Notes: a model not told the origin generated them from the letters alone. 61,938 nt of DNA, filler included, from Basidiobolus ranarum (GCA_040143965.1; 6 parts of 6 records of this genome joined end to end with filler, not necessarily neighbours in it), one strand, 5' to 3'. Positions 26,807 to 38,875 are shown, counted from the first letter of the whole stretch. Program-made: numbers and translations.

Positions 26807-28965
26807 ATGGAACCTAGCCACAGAGCACTTTCCTTCAAATCCAGAGGAATCTCTTTACGTGCGTTACTTCACCCAAATAAACCAAGTACCACTCCCTCTA
26901 CAAATACCTCTAAAGAGCCTTCTCTTCCCCAAAATACTTCAAAATATTTCAGTCCTGAACGACTTACCTCCCCTATGAAGTACACTGATGACACACTAAA
27001 ACGAAAAGACATTTCTAACGACCTCAACCAAAATGAACCGAAGACCAGAAACCTACGTCGATTCTCTAGCGAAGATTTTTTTCAAGAGAACAGCCCCATA
27101 GAACAGACCTTCCACAATAAAGAAACCGAATGTAGAGTAGATGTTCGGAACGAGGAAGAATTAAGAAACTTGGAGAACGTAAAAGAACCCAAATTAAACT
27201 TAACTAAAAAGGAACCATCACGCAATAAATCAAACAACTTAGGAGGCGAGAAGCTTGTTGAACAAAATACCTTCTCTAGAAAAAACCCAATTCAACTCTC
27301 TCATGAACAGAAACGCACATTAACTTTAGCGTTAGAGGAAAAATGCAACATATTTTTCACTGGTTCTGCTGGTAAGCCCGGACTTTTTCACCTACCTATA
27401 TACCTTACACCCCGATTGGTGTACTAGGTGACTTTCTATTTTAAAATGAAATCTGACGGCTTTTACTACATAGGTACTGGTAAATCTCTATTATTACAGG
27501 AATTGATAAAGCGTATGCGCGGGAAATATCGAAGAGAAGAGGTCGCCGTTACTGCCTCCACTGGTATAGCAGCTTGTAATATAGGTGGAACAACATTACA
27601 CAGCTTTGCAGGGGTAGGACTCGGATCAGATGGTGTTGATCAATTATTAAAAATGGTCCTGAAGCAAAAGAGGACAAAGAAACGTTGGATTGCTGTGAAA
27701 GTATTAATCATTGATGAAAGTAAGTCTTTAGAGAAATTATGCTGTTGACTTAGCTCATCGACTAAACCATGTTGTATTCTGAAATCTAGTCTCAATGCTA
27801 GATGGAGCGTTTTTTGATAAATTGGAATTTATTGCTAGAAGAGTGAGGGCGTGTAATAAACCATTCGGTGGAATACAGGTATTGTTTGAGTGACATATTC
27901 AATCAAACTCCACTCTCTGATTGACAATTTGTAGCTTGTAACCACTGGCGATTTCTTTCAGCTGCCACCTGTCAGTAAAGATAGCTTATTTTGCTTTGAA
28001 GCGGCAAGCTGGAAATCTTGTATTCAGAATACGATCCATCTTACCCAAGTGTTTCGGCAACGAGAACAGAGTAAAAACAATTATGTACATAGATATCACT
28101 GTAGACTAAATAACAACCTGTGAATCTTAGGTTTTGTTGATATTCTGAATTCGTTACGAATCGGTGTATTGCCTCCAGAATCTGAACTGGTGTTTCGCTC
28201 CCTTTCACGGGTCCCTCAGTTTCCTAACGATGGGATTGAGCCAACACGATTGTAAGCATAAAATTAGTCACAGAATGTTCCGACTCTTACTGATGCTCAG
28301 TCACAGATATGCACTTAGAGGGGAGGTAGATGCTGCTAATGCTCGAAAACTTGACTCATTGCCAGGGGTCACTCATCGGTATATAGCCAATGATTTAGGA
28401 CAATCCCCATTTGTAGAAAAATTATCTACGAACTGCCTGGCTCCGAATGTTTTGGAACTTAAACTTCATGCTCAAGTATTGTTGATAAGAAATCTAGACA
28501 ATCATTTAGTAAATGGAAGTTTGGGTGTAGTAGTTGGATTTGAGGAAGAGGGTGGAATGCCAATTGTTAGATTCACTAACTGCACCATTACCGTCACACC
28601 AGAAACGTGGAAAATCGAAGTTCCAGGGTTAGGCGAGGTTGCAAATAGAACTCAGGTATGCTATTCAGATTAATGTTACACATTCAAACATCCTCCCTCT
28701 CTTACAGCTTCCTTAGGTGCCGCTTATCCTTTCTTGGGCCATGTCTATTCACAAGGCACAGGGGCAAACACTTGATAGAGTAGTTGTAGATCTGTCCCGA
28801 GTATTTGAAAAGGGACAAGCATATGTAGCCCTAAGTAGGGCTACTAGCTTAGAGGGATTGCAAGTACTGAATTTCGACAGACGAAGTATTATGGCGCATC
28901 CTAAAGTTGTTCAATTTTATCGAAGTTTACTTGAGGATGAGCTATCGAGTTCAGCTCTGAAGTAA
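26807..28965 (+). CDS. PIF1: PIF1-family 5'-3' DNA helicase
   Basis: Spliced motifs [73 protein letters not shown] and [10 protein letters not shown]. Confidence 0.95.
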
Positions 28966-29684
28966 TGACTAACTATTCGATGAGCATAGATATTATGTTT
29001 AGTACAGAAACAGAAAGCAAATCGAGAATATACTTGTTAACTTTGATATAATAACCAACCATTATGGATACATAATTAAGCTTATCAGAGCGATTGATGA
29101 ATCTGATTGAGAGTCTATGTGTCGCTTCTTGAACAACACCTAGGATCCAGGATAAAGATGTAGTGTTTCAATTCAAGCATAGGCAACAGTAGAAGATATG
29201 CAACATAATATAAAACAGGGATTAATAAACACCATTGATAAACCAGCTAATCCACAATTTGAACAGGAAACATAGCCCACTTTGTACCAACAAGTTCGAT
29301 GCGTCCCTTGTTTGAGGATTTCTCAGCTCACCGTACATGAATCGGTGCTCATATCCAAGGGTTTGACATATGTAACCTACTTAGTGATTCCCCCATATTG
29401 AATTAGGGCCATTCAACCTACTATTTATCATATGTCTATAACATGTTTCATCCCTTGTAGACGTATGCATATTTGCTACGAAGCTGTTACATCCAATGAT
29501 AGACCCATAGTTCGAGTATAAAATGAGTTGAATGATATGACCGACTCTCACCTCATCCATCACCAACACCTCCTCTTCTTTGAGATATTGGGTTTTTGTC
29601 ATTGCACCCAAGTGATTTATCTCCCCTCCCTTATTACTCAATAAATTTTGAAATCCTACCAACGTTGAATACAATCAAAGTATC

Positions 29685-30981
29685 ATGAAATCCGCCGCAC
29701 TTCTTCTCGCACTGTCCACTTCTTACGTTCTCGCAGAGACTGCCTACAGCTCTGGAAAAACCACCTCACGGGAAGTTTACTCTGCCCCTGAGAAGGTTGT
29801 AAAGCAGAATGGAAGAAGAGTCATACGAAATAAGCGAATCATTGAACATTCCAAAGACTTGAATGGTATTATCAATGGAGGATACAAACATTCGTTAGTA
29901 AAGGTCGGTAAGGGTAAATCACATGGAGAAAAATCCAGTCATCATGATGTCAAGAAGGGTTCTTGGTCCCGAGTTATTGGAGGTCATCACAATGGTGGAG
30001 ATGCGGCTATTGTTAACCTAGGATTTGATGGATCTCTTCTCGGTGGTGAAGGTGAGGGTGTGGAAATTGTTCAAGAAAACGGATTAGGAGGACTATTTGA
30101 AAGTAGAGTAGATCCAGTAGTGATAGTCTCCGGGTTTAGAAATCCAGGTAGAGTGGGTGCTTCTTTCGCTGGACTCGATGGACTGTTATCTAGTCTTGGA
30201 GGTAGTAGATTCGGTGGTGGCTTAGGAAGTGGATGGGTTGGTGGAGTTTCATCAAGTGGTTTGGGAAGTCGGGTGATCGGTGGAAACTCCGCAGATCGTA
30301 GAGTTATTATCACAAGCGTCAGACCAAGTCGTCGAATCTTTATCAGTAGACCAAATAGATATTTGACGAATGCTTATCGTAGTCGTATAATTCGTCTTCA
30401 GCCTAGTTCAGTCAGGTATATTGCCGCCCCAGTGGGTGGTATTGCTTTCAATGATTTTGGAAGTCAAGCGTGGAACTTGGTAAATTATGGTGGAAGTCGT
30501 ATTCGCGGTGGTAGAGGTGCAACCAGAATTCGCGGAACTGGATGGATTAAGATTTGGAATGGTGATGAATGGACCCACACTAAACCTAAGCCTAAACCTA
30601 TCCCAACTTACAAGCCAAAGCCTGTCCCAACTTACAAGCCAAAGCCCACGTATAAGCCAAAACCTGTTCCAACCTATAAACCTAGACCTACTTATAAGCC
30701 TAAGCCAAGGCCCACATATAAGCCAAAACCGGTTCCAACTTATAAGCCAAAACCAAGACCTACTTATAAGCCAAGACCAAGACCTACTTACAAGCCAAAG
30801 CCAGTCCCCGCTTACAAGCCAAAGCCTGTCCCTGCTTACAAGCCAAGACCAAGACCTACTTACAAGCCCACGCCCGTCCCTGCTTATAAGCCAAAGACTG
30901 TCCCTGCATATACTCCCAAGTCGGTCACGCCGGATAAGACGAGTCCTCTGACTGGATATTCAACAAGACATCTGCAGGGCG
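29685..30981 (+). CDS. Secreted Gly/Arg-rich protein with Pro-Lys-Tyr (PTYKPKP) repeats; 3' end truncated by the gap
   Basis: Signal peptide, long Gly-rich domain, then about 14 P(T/A)YKP(K/R)P units at 30582-30920. Confidence 0.85.
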
Positions 30982-31081
30982 NNNNNNNNNNNNNNNNNNN
31001 NNNNNNNNNNNNNNNNNNNNNNNNNTTAATTAATTAANNNNNNNNNNNNNNNNNNNNNNNNNNNNNNNNNNNNNNNNNNNN
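30982..31081. other. Artificial contig-joining spacer
   Basis: N run with TTAATTAATTAA. Confidence 0.97.
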
Positions 31082-31276
31082 GGTGATTGTCTGGACGAGA
31101 TGGATCTCCCTGAGGCTGAGTCCAACATGAACGATCTTGTCTCCGAATACCAACAATATCAAGATGCCACCGTTGACGAGGAGGAGTATGGAGAAGAGAT
31201 CTACGAAGAGCAAGGTTATCAACAAGAGTACGAAGAACAATATGACCAAGGCGAATATGAGCAACAAGAAATCTAA
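31082..31276 (+). CDS. TUB2: Beta-tubulin, 3' end only (partial)
   Basis: The frame from 31082 reads ...[20 protein letters not shown], then an acidic tail and TAA at 31274-31276. Confidence 0.93.
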   Translation, partial: GDCLDEMDLPEAESNMNDLVSEYQQYQDATVDEEEYGEEIYEEQGYQQEYEEQYDQGEYEQQEI

Positions 31277-32591
31277 ATTTGAGTTATCTTGAAGCTGTGA
31301 ATATTTGTCATCATTTAGTCATGTATTAGTACTCAACACAAAGCTGATTTCCCTCCCGTCCTAATTAACCCATTTTGCTAGTTCGCCATGACTCATTACT
31401 AAATGTAACTTATTTATGATTTGATAAATAATTTTTGTTTTTGTTGAGCAAACATCACTATATGATGAACCCCCTTATATAAGAAAACTCTTGTCTACTT
31501 CCCTTTACTCTTTCTTCCCTCATGCTTACCTCCAGTCACCTCAATTGCACACACTTTTTTCCAACTTTGCCAAGGCATCCTTGTTGCAACGTTTTATCAG
31601 TATAAAGAATATAGATTACAATAAAAATTTCACTTGGTTTATCACAATTGTCGAGACTTTATTACTTTTCATTAAATGGAAATTTTGTGACACTCATGCT
31701 ATTGCCATGTAATTCAGCAAGTTCAGTGAGCGTATACTGTTGTTCACACAGCCAATCATCCACGACTGATGCGAAAGTGGAGTATCTTAAGTTAACCAAT
31801 AATATCGATTCAATTAGATCTGCTTTCCATTTATATGTAGAAACTATATTACGTTATTTTCGTGACGTATATTTAACGTTAGTTCTATGGGTGAACTATA
31901 ATTCCCTAAATTGGTAATCACTGTTACTGATGAATTTCATACCATTGGTTTCAAGTATTCCCTTTTTAAACAGGCATTTACACACTTACCCTCGTGGCAC
32001 AGGTCAGGAGACAGAGTATGATAATCATGCGTAAAAGCGACTTGAATAAACTTGCCATAGCTTTGGCCAAGAGAGAAAAAAGTAGTCAACATCTCTAGAC
32101 AATCCTTCACACCTAGCCAACCATAACCGTAACTGTAACCGTAACCGTAATGGTCTAGCCCATGAAGTTGATGAGAGCAAGAAATTTTTTGCTCCGGGTA
32201 ATCTTATTCAAGAAAGAGCGAATGATCGTGCCTACCACCGCCCTCCTTCGAAAGTCTCTTTTGTCAGCCCTTTTTCTGTTTATCTGGTAATTGTTAGTGC
32301 TCCTTTTGTCTAAGCTAAAAGCGGAACAAGAATGGGGAATAAATGATTGGCCATAAGACCTATGCATTCCACAGGAATATTATCATTGGTGGAATTATAT
32401 CGATTTTCCCTATCCTTACAAAATACACAGCTAATGTGGACAAATCAGATGACTTGACCAGTTGCCACTTATATAAAGTTGAGCAAGTGAGTTTCGGTCA
32501 TTCTTCAACCTCTGTTTTGCAACTTGCTCTGTTTTTCGCATCGGTTTCGCGTTGATACTCTGGTAGCTATTCGCTTCGTTTTTCTGCCTCT

Positions 32592-33150
32592 ATGACCTGC
32601 GTTGCTCCCACCCCAGACACATGGATGCCATTATCCGACAGTTTTATAGGTACATTTAACACCTACATTTGGTTTACAGTAGAGTTTAACTAAGATTTCG
32701 ATTTGTGTAATAGGATTCACTAGTCGATCAGTAGATTCCACACTGAGCTGCCCTACATCTCCAGCAGATGCTACCCAGTCCCTTCCTCCACTACACAAGT
32801 TCATTCAGCAAACCACTCATGGTGCCAAAATATCAGCTGAGATCCTCGTTGCTAGTCTTATTTACATCGAAAGATTCAAAAAAGCCCTACCTTCTGGAGC
32901 ACTTGGAGAGTATGGAACATCTCATCGAATCTTTCTAGCAGGAATTCTAATTGCTAGTAAATTCTTGGATGACAAACCATTAACCACAGCGAAACTCATC
33001 CAAGTAATTGGGACCCGTTGGAGTTCCAAAGAGATCAATAGAATGGAACGTGCCTTTCTAGATTTCTTAAAATTTCAACTTTGGGTGGATTCGGAAGAGA
33101 TATTAGAATACATTTCACACCATGGGATAGAACTAAATATGGAAATTTAA
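32592..33150 (+). CDS. Pho85-type cyclin (Pcl family)
   Basis: Intron 32650-32713. Motifs LPPLHKFI, LVASLIYIERFK, HRIFLAGILIASKFLDD and EINRMERAFLDFLKFQL form a cyclin box. Confidence 0.88.
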
Positions 33151-33656
33151 TGGAGATTCCCTTTTCTCAATGGTTTAGATGTGGCTCTGGTCTTGGATCT
33201 TTCATTGTAGATTATGTTCAGAATATTTTGATTGAATGTGTAGATTTATTGTATTTGTATGACTTTCTAGAAATTGACTGACAAATAAATGATTCAGTTA
33301 TTTCTACTTCCATATGAATGTTAGGTAATTGAACTTTTTAAAATAAGTAATTGATCAACACTCCTATAGTTAATTTGATCGTCAAAAGGGGCCTGGTGCT
33401 AGGTTTGTTTGGTAGTAATTCTTTGAGAGACGGGGAGGTTCAGACATTTGAAACGTGTACAAGATGCACTTCTAAATCCCCTATTGCCGATCCTTGATAT
33501 CTGCTTTAACCTCACCCCTGACCTCATGCAAAGAAAAGGCTATAAATGAGCATTTTGGTGAGAAGTATCCACAACAAAGTGCCCGAGTCATCATATCATA
33601 TAGAGCAATAGATTCTTCTCACTATACCAATCCTTCTACCTATTTCAACAACAAGC

Positions 33657-34964
33657 ATGCGTGGATCTAGAATCCTTTCGAGTGTGGTGATCACCCTTTG
33701 TATCATGGGCTCCATGGGTCGAGCCTTCGAAGATACTAATGTTTCTTTGATAAAACGTCAAGCTACTATGGCCCAGTCCCCTGAAAAACTCGGTTCAATC
33801 TCGGATATTGAGGAATTAAGTTTAGCTTCCATCATTAAGAATGAATTATCTCAAGTTAATATGTTGCCAAAGGAACAGTCGAAACAACAGGAATTGATAC
33901 AGGAGATTATACAAATCGTAACTAAGATGAGTAAAGATAAATCTTCTAAAGATCAGGACCATCGAAAAATTCAGAAAGATGCGGTGCAAAAAATAGTTCA
34001 AGCCCTTCTGAAACGTAGTTCTGTTGGAAAATCCATGGAGAAACGTCAAGCAAAATCTACACCGACAGACGATGCGAAGAAGGACAATACAAAGAAAGAG
34101 AACGCGAAGAAGGTTGATGCCGTGAAAAGCGATACGAAGAAAGAGGGTGCAAAGATTGTGGAGAAACGCCAAGCAAAATCCACAAAGATTGATGATACCA
34201 AGAAGATTGATGTGAAGAAGAACGATCCCAAGGAGGACGGTGCAAAAAAAGACGTTTCTAAGATGGATAGTGCAAAGAAGGACGGTACAAGAGTTATAGA
34301 GAAACGTCAGGCTAAAACGTCACTCCCTCCTGCGCTCCTCAAGGCGAAAATTATTAGTGCCTTGATAAAGAGAGGCCTGTACCCAAAGGATGATGCTAAA
34401 GCTGCTGCATTGGTTGAAGAGGCCTTTGTTGTTTTAAGTGCGAAATTAGGTTTGCCTAAAGACGACATGAAGAAAGATGATATGAAGAAAGATGAGATGA
34501 AGAAAGATGAGATGAAGAAGGATGATATGAAGAAGGATGATATGAAGAAGGACGATATGAAGAAGGATGATATGAAGAAGGATGATATGAAGAAGGATGA
34601 TATGAAGAAGGATGATATGAAGAAGGATGAGATGAAGAAGGATGATATGAAGAAAGATGATATGAAGGGTGCAGCTTTTCGTAGCCTTGCTGATGGTATT
34701 GCTCCAAATGAAGAGGATGATGAGAAGAGGATGCTCAAGCGACAAGCTTCAGTTGCTGATGACACTTTCTTGAAGCAAACCATTGTTGAAGCTTTGGGAG
34801 AATCTAACATCAAACCTCAGTCTGATCTAGAAACTGATAGAATTGCTTCACTTGTCAAATCATTGATTAATGCCAAGTCGACTGATAAAGATACAATCAA
34901 GAAAGTTATAGCTGAGCTAATTCAAATGGTAACAAAACTCGGTAAAGCACAAAAATCAAGCTAA
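33657..34964 (+). CDS. Secreted Kex2-type polyprotein with KR/QA sites and an (MKKDD)n pentapeptide repeat
   Basis: Intronless 435-aa ORF with signal peptide, five KRQA sites and a TATAAA at 33541. Confidence 0.88.
   Translation: MRGSRILSSVVITLCIMGSMGRAFEDTNVSLIKRQATMAQSPEKLGSISDIEELSLASIIKNELSQVNMLPKEQSKQQELIQEIIQIVTKMSKDKSSKDQDHRKIQKDAVQKIVQALLKRSSVGKSMEKRQAKSTPTDDAKKDNTKKENAKKVDAVKSDTKKEGAKIVEKRQAKSTKIDDTKKIDVKKNDPKEDGAKKDVSKMDSAKKDGTRVIEKRQAKTSLPPALLKAKIISALIKRGLYPKDDAKAAALVEEAFVVLSAKLGLPKDDMKKDDMKKDEMKKDEMKKDDMKKDDMKKDDMKKDDMKKDDMKKDDMKKDDMKKDEMKKDDMKKDDMKGAAFRSLADGIAPNEEDDEKRMLKRQASVADDTFLKQTIVEALGESNIKPQSDLETDRIASLVKSLINAKSTDKDTIKKVIAELIQMVTKLGKAQKSS
34458..34667 (+). repeat. 15-bp coding tandem repeat, 14 units (KD[D/E]MK)
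   Basis: AARGAYGAKATGAAG-type units covering 210 nt. Confidence 0.95.
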
Positions 34965-35455
34965 ATAGAAGAACTTCCGAGTTTTATTGAGATAGACTTT
35001 CATTCATAGTTGGGCCATGTTCCACACACTTACATACTGGCAATCAAGTACTGTAATATATTATTACTAATATATCCCAAAATATTTCAAGTTTAAATAA
35101 ATCACCTATATTTATACATACTTCAAGTACACCTAAAGTAAACCATATCAAAGAATCTCTTGAGTTACGGTTTACAAAGCACATTTACGGGTAAGAAAAC
35201 ATAGAAGGCTATTTCAGCACAAAGATAGTATAATTCAAGACTATCTGCTAATATTGGGTTCCCAGCTAGATTTAATAAACGTGAATCAGTTTTATTCCAA
35301 AATATTTCCAAGAGTCTTTGAAAATTATGGGAACGGACACAGTTGTCTTTATATTTATAATAATGAAAAGGCCATGAAAAGTAGGTGAGTGAAAAGAAAC
35401 AAAGAGTGACTTGATAGAGGAATGTTTTATAAAGGAATTAAATCACAACGTTGCT

Positions 35456-35895
35456 TTAATCTCTGTTCTCATAGAATTTGCTAAGGAAATCAGTGGCTTT
35501 AGGATCTACTTCATCCTTGTAGAAATATTGCATAAGTTGACTGTTTTGCTTCCATTTCATCATTGTCTCGCGAAGTTCAGCTTGTCCTTTGAAAATGAGG
35601 ATATCCAAAAGACCAACATCATTAACAAAACGGTTTTTCTCAAATTCTTCACGAATTTTAGCACGAACTACATCGGCAGGGAAGTCGAGCTCATATAAAG
35701 TGACGATCTTGGGGGCCTAGATTATTAAAAATGTAGAACATCCTTACGCTTAGTTACAATTTTGAGTAAGTAAAGAGAAAGTTTGGAAAGGCAAAGTCTA
35801 CTTACAGCACGTTGGCAATCGCGGTACAGACCTAAGACTCTCTGACGAGCAATGGTCAAAGAACCAGAAGCAGCAGTGATAAAAGGTTGAGACAT
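35456..35895 (-). CDS. NDUFA6: NADH:ubiquinone oxidoreductase subunit A6/B14 (LYR family)
   Basis: Exons 35895-35806 and 35716-35456 give ARQRVLGLYRDCQRAAPKIV...RAKIREEFEKNRFVND...DILIFKG...ETMMKWKQNSQLM...DFLSKFY. Confidence 0.9.
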
Positions 35896-36451
35896 GGTAA
35901 ATGCAAATTGTCAACAAACCGGGAGCACTACACTAGACAAATTAATTCGAGTTTAGTGCCTAGCGTTACCGATTCCTCAACCATCAAGGATGTCCAAAGG
36001 CTTGCACAAATTTTCGCCCCCATTTCCCCTTCTGATCCCCCATTAGCTAATTTCGAGTAATTTATCTACGATCATGTAAGCTATAGTAGTCATCTAGTCA
36101 TCCTCTTCTTGATACCCCGGATTATTGTTTAATGTTTGGGGATATTTTGTGGGTTTTCATGACTGATCTGATTTTAAGCAGCTTCCTCACCAACTTAATG
36201 CTTAATTCGAATTGCACGTTAAATTCCATGTTAAATTGCACGTTGAATGGCGTATGGTTCGTTGCTTCAGTTGGGGCAATTGATAACTGAGATTGCGATA
36301 TGGGTTTAGGATTATCTGCTGACCCTTCATATCCTTGTTGATTGGGCAGTCAGCCTCTACACCCAATACCCCTACCATTCCATGATTTAGGAAGATTATC
36401 TCAGGTTTGCCCATCTTTTACAGAGCTCTTTGTCGTATAGTCATTGTCAAC

Positions 36452-37060
36452 ATGTCTGCTTGGACTTCCAAAATCTTTTCCCAACTCGGCAGCAAGGAGT
36501 TCAGATCCTATCTCTGCAGGTTTTTAACTTCACATAGCCTTTTTACCTATTTGAATATGCACTAACTTCATGCCCAAATAGTACCGTATGTAGCTTTTTC
36601 TAAAACCCTTTATTGTCGAAACAAAACTTACCCTCTTGGGTTATTTAGCATTTCTGGGGACCTGTTGCCAACTGGGGTATCCCCTTGGCCGCTATTGCTG
36701 ATATGAAGAAAGACCCCGAGATGATTTCTGGAAAGATGACTTTTGGTAAACTATAGTCACTCACTTTTTATTTGACCCAACTTTTCACACATTTTTCATA
36801 GCTTTGTGCTTATACTCGGCACTTTTCATGAGATTCTCCTTGGTTGTCATTCCTAGAAACCTACTTCTTTTCAGTTGTCATTTCACTAACGAAACCGCAC
36901 AACTTATCCAAGCTTATCGTTTCGTTGACTATCACTAGTAAGTTTGAAGGGATTCATTTTCTTTCTATCATTCATTGTATCAACGTATTGATTTTATCTT
37001 TGCTTTATTAGTCTTGGTGGAAAGAAACCTGATGAATCTTTGAAAATCAAATCTGAATAA
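36452..37060 (+). CDS. MPC1: Mitochondrial pyruvate carrier 1 (5 exons, including a 4-nt micro-exon)
   Basis: Spliced product [52 protein letters not shown]...[18 protein letters not shown]. Confidence 0.93.
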
Positions 37061-37480
37061 CTTCTCGCATTAATCAATCTTTTTGGTTGAACATGTACCT
37101 TCCCAAACTAAAATAAATCCCATTCAATACCATCTAACTACCTTTCATACGGAATATACTATAACGTGCCAGTTGCTTAGACAACCCTTATTAGCCGACA
37201 CTCGGCATGTAGATAACTGTTGTGCATGAGTGATGATTGTATCTGCTCCTTTAATACATGTATTTACTTGGTTGGGTAATAAGAGCCTTAGAGCCGATAA
37301 TTCACAGATAGAAGATATAGAGAATCAATCGTAAACATAATGAGAGAAACAATCAAACATACGATAGAAAGGTCCGATAAGCGTAAGGATGGTCGAAAAT
37401 TTGAGCTATATAGTTGGAAATTCGAGATACCTGTAATATATTTTAGATTTACTGCGAAAATATTGGGGACACCGTTATGT

Positions 37481-38408
37481 TCAATCTTTCCTTTCGGTAG
37501 ATGTCTCTCTTGGCTCTGGTTCTGACTCGCGCTTTTCAGGGGAACGAACGGGTGAAGGTGAGCGTGAGTCGTTGTGACCGTTTGCTTCAGGTTCTTTTTC
37601 GGGAGTGCGAGAGCGAGCTGGTGAGCGAACGGGTGATCGGGAACGTGATCCGCGACCTACAGAGCGGTCACGAGATATAGAGCGCCCTCTGCGCCTTACG
37701 TCAGGAGAGCGATCTCTGGAACGATCATGGCGAGGTGAGCGAGAACGGGAGTAAGAACGTCCACGACTACGTGTGTCACGTGGAGACCGGCTACGACCAC
37801 GGGAATATGAGCGGCTGCGGGAACGACGAGAGCGGCGAGGTGAACGGGATCTTCCACCACTACCACCACCCCAGCCTTTTGGAGGAGCATTTTTAGCCCA
37901 CTTTGGAGGAAAACCCAGATTAAATGAGGGAATATATCTCATAGGCTTTGAATTTTTCTATTTACCTGAACACTCAAAGTATGACCATCAAGCTTTCTGC
38001 CATGTAATTCAACATAAGCATCTTCTGCATCTCTAGAATCTTCAAACTCGACAAAAGCGAAACTTTGTACGTACGATTTATGCGAAAAGTTGGGTGAGGA
38101 CACGTTTCGTCGTATTTTGGTTGATTTAAACGAGGATTGCGACAGGATGGGCTACTTACAGTCTGGAAGAATGGCCTCTAGGTGCAGGGATATCACAGCG
38201 GACAAGACGGCCGTATCTAGGTCATCAAAGGACACAGAAAAAAGGTACGATCAAGGTTTCGGTGGATTAGATGACATGCTTACTGGAGAGTCAAATAACT
38301 ACAGGTCTCGTAAAACTGTTAGTGAGCTTACCTTTCGAATTCATAGGCCAGATCGCGAGCACGCAGGCTCGACCCAAAACCAACTACAAATAAAGTCTTT
38401 CTGCTCAT
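37481..38408 (-). CDS. srp1: SR splicing factor (single RRM plus RS domain), S. pombe Srp1-like
   Basis: Four exons give [11 protein letters not shown]...[24 protein letters not shown]...[16 protein letters not shown]...WAKNAP, then an RS-dipeptide tail. Confidence 0.9.
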
Positions 38409-38875
38409 ATTGGGAATATTGTCTAAAGAAAAGTTATGAGTGATTGAGAGAAGTGTACGTCTAGCTTTCTAGTAAAATCCGCAACTATTATGATGATTTC
38501 TTAATCTGGATGATGAAATGCTTTGATCTTTAGAACCGAGTAAATAAAAGAAAGAAAAAATGGGGAAAACACACCAGCGGAATTTACCATCAATGAATCC
38601 CACCGAAATCATACCATTTATGCATCAAGCTATCATCAGCAATACAATTAAGCAAGAATTAGATGTAATTAAGTAGCTATCTGGCTTATATCTGTTGATA
38701 GCCTGATGCTGCGGTTCAAAGATATGATGTAACTGTATTGTGTCTCGGGGTAGTATTCATCCATGTCAAACTCTACAGCCACTTTTCTCCACTTGCTCAT
38801 AGCCACATAAACTAATTTGTGTACATATACCAGCGCTGTAGCTGTAACTGTAGCCGTAGAAAACACTCACTTAAC

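Noticed and set aside
30487-30951. Overlapping ORF with LISQSQ repeats
   Set aside because: It is an alternate-frame shadow of the PTYKPKP repeat.
31082-31112. Beta-tubulin reads [10 protein letters not shown] instead of GEGMDEMEFT
   Set aside because: The substitutions cluster at the contig edge only, so they are probably base-calling errors.
34307-34813. Antisense ORFs with FFISS, LHIIL and SSYHP repeats
   Set aside because: These are shadow frames of the 15-bp MKKDD coding repeat.
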